Part shown: in pieces, positions 61,701-64,000 of the stretch
How the letters are laid out: the number at the start of each line of letters is the position of its first letter
How positions within the stretch are numbered: the first letter of the stretch is position 1
Assembly (NCBI GenBank): GCA_964234715.1
Contig: OZ174277.1
From: Podarcis melisellensis
Taxonomy: Eukaryota
DNA: 64,000 bases
Reading direction: 5' to 3' (one strand)
Translations under genes and position numbers: made by a program
Notes under the pieces: model-generated
What the model was told of the DNA's origin: nothing
Database searches by the model: none
What the model saw: the letters and a program-made list of their open reading frames with translations, nothing else

Positions 61701-63559
61701 AGCTGATGCTTGTTGACCAGTCGCCTGGCAGTTACGATCCAGGCCAACACATGTTCTTGATATACGGGGAAAGAATGAGAACAAATACAGACAAGGAGAA
61801 GGTAAGGAGCATGAAAAATGTGCTTAATCCTATTAGTCTTTTCTGTTTTACAAGTATGGATATGTTAAACCATTCTTGGAGCTTAAACACAAATTTTACT
61901 GAATTTTTTTGGGTACCTTTCCCCACATTATTTGAAACACTGAATGACTTCTATTTAAGATTATCTACTTTCCTCCAAGGCCTTGAATTAGCATTTCAGT
62001 TAAGCAGGTGCAGGATTTGAAGGGACCTCATGTAGTTTTATCACCATTCATGTGCTAAGGATGTGTTAGAGATAGATTAAACTCCTGGTACATTGGGTAA
62101 GAGGGCTTACAGCAAGTGTGTGGAAAGGGAAGCTACCTAAGTGTAATTTCATTGCGATTAGGGAGCTTGATCAGACAAAATGATCCCAGAGCTTTCTTGC
62201 TGTGTCCTGTGCCAGCAACTCTCAGATACCACAATCAGCCTTTAGTGGATTTGCAGAATGCTGTTCTCGTTTTGCTTATGATTAGTGCTCAGAAAAATGG
62301 CGTGAAAAATAAATGTGGTTTTGAGGGGCAATTGAAAACTCACTGGCCCCGCATGTAAGCAGTCTAGTTTTGCATTCCAGCTTCTCTCAAGCTGAGGCTT
62401 AGTTCAGGTTGCACCTGAGCATTACAAGCTGGGCAGATCTGTATCCTGAAGCAGGTGACTTCAGACTTCAACAAACAACCCATTTGGAGTTTCCCCGGTT
62501 TCTTTTGAAATCGTTCATTTGAAAGTTGCTGCAGAATTAGAATATAAGGATTTCAGCATTTGTTATAAATGTGATCTTTCATCTGGTTTTTTGTTTGTTT
62601 GTTTGTTTTAGGTAGTGTGTCTATTCAGGGACATTTTTGGTCAGGATGCTGAACCATATATGGGTTCCAGACAGTTCCACATCACTCCTTATGACGTCCA
62701 GGTGAGAGAGAACAAAAGTTGCTGCTACTTGGGCATCTTCTTGAATTTCTGCTCCACACTATACATGCACACTAATGCACTTGCTTATTTTGTTTTTAAT
62801 TCTACTGAAGGTTGGTTTCTCAATCCTCTCCCGCGCAAACTATGCTCCTCCTCCTGGCAGAAACTTATCCCTGCTTCACCATTCACTCCAGCCCTTGGAG
62901 TCCATCATGAAATGTGTGCATATGAGTTGGATGGTGATATTGGTAGGCCCTGCGGCTGCTGGCAAGACCAGCCTCATTCAGCTTCTAGCATATCTGACAG
63001 GTCATCAGTTGAAGATCATGGCGATGAACAGTTCTATGGATACAACCGAGCTGTTAGGTGGATTTGAGCAAGTAAGTGTGCATTTTTTAAATTTGGGAAT
63101 AAGGAAAAGTCAAGTGCATACAAGATACCACTTAACTTAAATTTGAGGAGTATATGAATGGGCAAAGTTTAAATGTCTTAACTGAAAGCAAGAAAGAAAC
63201 ACCTCTAAGTGGTTTCCAAAACAGTGCTGAAGGAACCCAGTGGGAAGTGGTGGTTCAAGCAGTGACCAATGTAATAAATGTCCTATAGGTTGACATCATT
63301 AGGCCTTGGAAGAGCTTGCTGGAGAAGGTGGAGAACGTTGTAAGCACACTTCTAAGAGACAGCCTCCTCCTCACTGCTATCTGTCCAGAAGATGCTGAAA
63401 TTGTGCTGCGTGCCTGGAGCAGTTTCGTTCTAAATTTCAAGCCAAAGTCCCTTGGGGAAGGGAATCAAAACATAACCATTGAACTGGTGAACAAATTGGA
63501 GGGAGTCCTTGCACTGGTCCAGCGGCTGAACAACAAGATCAGCTCCTACTCAAAGCCAG
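28176..63559 (+). CDS. MDN1: Midasin AAA+ ATPase (Rea1), exons 1-43; 3' partial, gene continues beyond the window
   Basis: 43 phase-consistent exons, 6553 nt. Walker A/B of AAA1 GPVGCGKT/WILLED, AAA2 GETGTGKT/WILLDE, AAA3 GDTSIGKT/WIILDE, AAA4 GDTGCGKT/FFLMDE, AAA5 GSPGVGKT/WIVLDE; Walker A of AAA6 GPAAAGKT. N-terminus MEHLRLSLAAPL matches vertebrate midasin. Confidence 0.97.
29682..29751. repeat. AT-rich 22-24 bp tandem repeat x3 (AAATTAAAYGCACTRTTAATA)
   Basis: Read directly; probably inside a DNA-transposon remnant ending GAGAACCACTG at ~29956. Confidence 0.8.
31543..31678. mobile_element. Palindromic hAT MITE (best-preserved copy of a dispersed family)
   Basis: Long self-complementary arms TTCTTCAACCTTGGATTCCCAGATA / TATCTGGGAATCCAAGGTTGAAGAA; imperfect TSD TTCTAAGG/CTCTAAAG. 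Related copies at about 578-760, 3890-4010, 4523-4657, 9488-9612, 15685-15780, 24750-24858, 30682-30792, 47826-47920 and 48887-49000. Confidence 0.75.
31769..31995 (+). CDS. MDN1: MDN1 exon 2 (IWSQQDRQCILSALAQLLLDKE...HPDVM)
   Basis: tttcag| ... CC|gtaagt. Confidence 0.92.
32966..33190 (+). CDS. MDN1: MDN1 exon 3 (FALRYFKDTSPVFQRLFLES...DTLVR)
   Basis: tgtag| ... TG|gtaagt. Confidence 0.93.
33824..33931 (+). CDS. MDN1: MDN1 exon 4 (YTASCLALVTCMNDEH...HFRL)
   Basis: catag| ... AA|gtaagt. Confidence 0.92.
34045..34237 (+). CDS. MDN1: MDN1 exon 5 (LLEESRMQNVECALVLANP...GPGEN)
   Basis: gatag| ... AAT|gtaagt. Confidence 0.92.
35131..35186. repeat. Perfect 20-bp inverted repeat with 6-nt loop
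   Basis: TGTGTGGTGCAATTGCCTGG (35136-35155) and CCAGGCAATTGCACCACACA (35162-35181). Confidence 0.95.
35626..35841 (+). CDS. MDN1: MDN1 exon 6 (QETILNQFVLV...GPVGCGKT...DQTDSK), AAA1 Walker A
   Basis: NAGNAG acceptor ctcag|cag| (start 35626 or 35629); AAG|gtaatg. Confidence 0.88.
36394..36525 (+). CDS. MDN1: MDN1 exon 7 (TLLGMYRCTDVPGEFVWQPG...WILLEDIDYAPLDV)
   Basis: tgtag| ... GTG|gtatgt. Confidence 0.93.
37194..37297 (+). CDS. MDN1: MDN1 exon 8 (ISVLIPLLENGELLIPG...LFATR)
   Basis: cttag| ... AG|gtagac. Confidence 0.92.
38015..38129 (+). CDS. MDN1: MDN1 exon 9 (LFSYGGGWYKQQNSH...VELRE)
   Basis: tctag| ... GAG|gtaaat. Confidence 0.92.
38951..39141 (+). CDS. MDN1: MDN1 exon 10 (ILQRRYPKL...EGRELSL)
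   Basis: ttcag| ... AG|gtattt. Confidence 0.92.
39425..39506 (+). CDS. MDN1: MDN1 exon 11 (DLLNWCNRIAYNFDS...NIFHE)
   Basis: gttag| ... GAG|gtacgt. Confidence 0.92.
39965..40060 (+). CDS. MDN1: MDN1 exon 12 (ALDCFTAMLSKQ...NISKHK)
   Basis: gacag| ... AAG|gtagac. Confidence 0.92.
40843..41068. mobile_element. Tc1/mariner (Tigger-like) MITE, copy 1
   Basis: TIR CAGTGGTACCT...AGGTACCACTG flanked by TA; 226 bp. Confidence 0.85.
41162..41274 (+). CDS. MDN1: MDN1 exon 13 (TEYYCQLYKPEI...ALLVQ)
   Basis: tctag| ... AG|gtattg. Confidence 0.92.
41285..41320. repeat. (GTTT)n microsatellite
   Basis: Read directly. Confidence 0.9.
41578..41726 (+). CDS. MDN1: MDN1 exon 14 (KKQTFAPTRPSSVL...GETGTGKT...AHIT), AAA2 Walker A
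   Basis: ggcag| ... G|gtaaaa. Confidence 0.92.
41821..41881 (+). CDS. MDN1: MDN1 exon 15 (HRLRVINMNQQSDTADLLG)
   Basis: ccaag| ... GG|gtgagt. Confidence 0.92.
42445..42650 (+). CDS. MDN1: MDN1 exon 16 (YKPVDNKLIWLPLRE...EAKEN)
   Basis: tacag| ... G|gtaaga. Confidence 0.93.
42796..43021. mobile_element. Tc1/mariner MITE, copy 2
   Basis: Same family as the 40843 copy; TA flanks. Confidence 0.82.
43327..43375. repeat. (TAA)n microsatellite
   Basis: Read directly. Confidence 0.9.
43962..44065 (+). CDS. MDN1: MDN1 exon 17 (SPLKEKWEELG...FAFVE)
   Basis: gttag| ... GAG|gtagtc. Confidence 0.92.
44720..44864 (+). CDS. MDN1: MDN1 exon 18 (GTLAQAVKKGEWILLDEINLA...DRGDT)
   Basis: tttag| ... G|gtattg. 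Confidence 0.93.
45328..45553. mobile_element. Tc1/mariner MITE, copy 3
   Basis: Closely similar to the 40843 copy; TA flanks. Confidence 0.85.
45961..46057 (+). CDS. MDN1: MDN1 exon 19 (PLVRHSNFRLFACMNPATDVGKRNLPPGIRN)
   Basis: tgtag| ... AG|gtagat. Confidence 0.93.
47263..47308 (-). mobile_element. 5'-truncated Sauria SINE 3' end
   Basis: GTAAAGGGACCCCTGACTATTAGGTCCAGTCG on the plus strand. TSD TACTCTATTA at 47253-47262 and 47309-47318. Confidence 0.75.
47443..47556 (+). CDS. MDN1: MDN1 exon 20 (FTELYVEELQ...VQGIV)
   Basis: tgtag| ... AA|gtaagt. Confidence 0.93.
47646..47797. mobile_element. hAT-type MITE
   Basis: TIR CAGTGCTTTTT...AAAAAGCACTG; perfect 8-bp TSD ACTTGTAG. Confidence 0.85.
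49238..49385 (+). CDS. MDN1: MDN1 exon 21 (FYLSVRKECETKLVDGTGHRPHYSLRTLCRAL...RSLYE)
   Basis: tgcag| ... GAG|gtgact. Confidence 0.93.
49537..49647 (+). CDS. MDN1: MDN1 exon 22 (GFCLGFLTQLDRSS...KSILKQ), GC donor
   Basis: aatag| ... CAG|gcaagt. Confidence 0.9.
49669..49718. repeat. (TG)25 microsatellite in MDN1 intron 22
   Basis: Read directly. Confidence 0.95.
50333..50484 (+). CDS. MDN1: MDN1 exon 23 (SLPEPKGG...RVVSA)
   Basis: tctag| ... GG|gtatgt. Confidence 0.92.
51391..51609. mobile_element. Tc1/mariner MITE, related subfamily in opposite orientation
   Basis: TIR CAGTGGTACCTC...GAGGTACCACTG with TA flanks; its 5' ~100 nt resemble the reverse complement of the 3' end of copies 1-3. 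Confidence 0.8.
51733..51911 (+). CDS. MDN1: MDN1 exon 24 (TYPVLIQGDTSIGKT...LIFKE), AAA3 Walker A
   Basis: ttaag| ... G|gtagga. Confidence 0.92.
52050..52258 (+). CDS. MDN1: MDN1 exon 25 (VLIDAMRKGYWIILDELNLAP...LYGGRK)
   Basis: catag| ... AAG|gtacat. Confidence 0.93.
52335..52515 (-). mobile_element. MIR-like/Squam3-like SINE, diverged
   Basis: CCTGTGCAGTAGGTTAGGCTGAG...GACTGGCCTAGGATCACCAAGTGAGCTT...GTTGAACC core; a similar older remnant lies at ~33260-33375. Confidence 0.6.
52800..52946 (+). CDS. MDN1: MDN1 exon 26 (VLSRAFRNRF...MLELQ)
   Basis: ttaag| ... CAG|gtacgg. Confidence 0.93.
53303..53444 (+). CDS. MDN1: MDN1 exon 27 (SYRRGSSVFAGKHG...HLAND)
   Basis: tctag| ... G|gtgagt. Confidence 0.93.
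53566..53700 (+). CDS. MDN1: MDN1 exon 28 (FMLLAGRVRKQEE...KKQM)
   Basis: actag| ... G|gtaaat. Confidence 0.92.
53821..53959 (+). CDS. MDN1: MDN1 exon 29 (KASRWTSIMGDEFSHIVWT...LLVGDT)
   Basis: accag| ... GG|gtaaac. Confidence 0.92.
54065..54203 (+). CDS. MDN1: MDN1 exon 30 (CGKTTICQIF...RSKDE), completes AAA4 Walker A
   Basis: tgcag| ... GAG|gtaaga. Confidence 0.93.
54329..54456 (+). CDS. MDN1: MDN1 exon 31 (EFDGSRLFEWHDG...FFLMDEISLADDSVLERLN)
   Basis: aacag| ... AG|gtatgc. Confidence 0.93.
54682..54817 (+). CDS. MDN1: MDN1 exon 32 (VLETEKTLVLAEK...NPGGDFGKKE)
   Basis: ttcag| ... GAG|gtaatg. Confidence 0.93.
55884..56013 (+). CDS. MDN1: MDN1 exon 33 (LSPALRNRFTEIW...KQNDK)
   Basis: catag| ... 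G|gtaaat. Confidence 0.93.
57605..57838 (+). CDS. MDN1: MDN1 exon 34 (ADIAGIMMDFIEWL...YIDGIGS)
   Basis: cccag| ... G|gtatgt. Confidence 0.92.
58131..58328 (+). CDS. MDN1: MDN1 exon 35 (TMSCSAGSAALAR...PFFIPT), GC donor
   Basis: tgtag| ... ACAG|gcaagg. Confidence 0.88.
58902..59110 (+). CDS. MDN1: MDN1 exon 36 (PIYQKNNVSDYALN...GSPGVGKT...LSEQT), AAA5 Walker A
   Basis: tgtag| ... ACG|gtaggt. Confidence 0.93.
59367..59489 (+). CDS. MDN1: MDN1 exon 37 (DVTDLFGTDLP...WIVLDE)
   Basis: tccag| ... GAG|gtgagt. Confidence 0.93.
60490..60687 (+). CDS. MDN1: MDN1 exon 38 (LNLASQSVLEGLN...NRFTQ), GC donor
   Basis: aatag| ... CAG|gcaagt. Confidence 0.91.
60856..60963 (+). CDS. MDN1: MDN1 exon 39 (VFVDPLSSAD...EFNNM)
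   Basis: tgtag| ... ATG|gtaagt. Confidence 0.93.
61613..61801 (+). CDS. MDN1: MDN1 exon 40 (IDQEVMIEKKWG...TDKEK)
   Basis: ttcag| ... AAG|gtaagg. Confidence 0.93.
62612..62701 (+). CDS. MDN1: MDN1 exon 41 (VVCLFRDIFG...PYDVQ)
   Basis: tttag| ... CAG|gtgaga. Confidence 0.92.
62811..63071 (+). CDS. MDN1: MDN1 exon 42 (VGFSILSR...GPAAAGKT...GGFEQ), AAA6 Walker A
   Basis: tgaag| ... CAA|gtaagt. Confidence 0.92.
63289..63559 (+). CDS. MDN1: MDN1 exon 43 (VDIIRPWKSLL...SSYSKP)
   Basis: tatag| ... G|gtatgc. Confidence 0.92.
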
Positions 63560-64000
63560 GTATGCACAGAAGCAGTAGGAAGTGATAGCATTTTTCCCTT
63601 TTAAAATGTCATCAGCTAAGCATGTGCAAATTCCAGTTGCTGCATGCTACCAGAGAAGGCAAAAACCACAAAGCATTTTAAAGACTGCTCTGATGTTAAA
63701 AGGAAGACATTTTCATGGCGAGAGATGGTGTGCCTTTATGGAGCAGTTGTCAACTGAGATAAATGTGTACAAATGTGACCAGAGGAAAAGTATGAGTATT
63801 TGTGGTGCCACATGGTCTAGACATGTGTGCAACCACCTCTCTATTCTCCTGCACCCACTGGCATTCAGCCGAAGTGTGCAGGAACTTTACAGTGATGAAT
63901 GCACTTAGAGCACTTGTGAGCAAGCCACCCAGGTCCATATTTATTAAAGCTACATAATCTGCGGAAGCACAAAGCATAATTATTTGCTTCCTTAAAGATT

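Noticed and set aside
28176-63559. U12-type (minor) introns in MDN1
   Set aside because: No RTATCCTT donor or AT-AC boundary at any mapped junction.
63582-63977. Possible MDN1 exon 44
   Set aside because: No translation matches the expected continuation of AAA6; the next exon is probably beyond the window.

Overview
Vertebrate nuclear DNA from a squamate lizard; the Sauria SINE and other short repeats suggest a lacertid, which is an inference. The window holds three protein-coding genes in the known amniote order. (1) GJA10 (connexin 57/62 type), minus strand, with its main coding exon at 2139-3707. (2) The complete CASP8AP2/FLASH gene, minus strand, 9 coding exons, about 1996 aa. (3) The first 43 exons of MDN1/midasin, plus strand, about 2184 codons reaching into the sixth AAA+ module; the gene continues past the window. 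CASP8AP2 and MDN1 are divergent and use two separate CpG islands with a stack of small transposons between them. All exon chains were built by hand and are phase-consistent. No prokaryotic features (CRISPR, rRNA, operons) are present. The leads most worth testing are: (a) minus-strand exon-like segments interleaved with MDN1 exons 21-23, a possible nested antisense transcript; (b) the FLASH LDLY motif, essential for histone pre-mRNA cleavage, reading LNLF here; (c) a GC-type splice donor at the GJA10 C-terminal splice point and three GC-AG introns in MDN1; (d) stop-start overlapping uORFs on both CASP8AP2 and GJA10. None of these is proven from sequence alone, and comparisons with human or mouse proteins are from memory, not from alignments.
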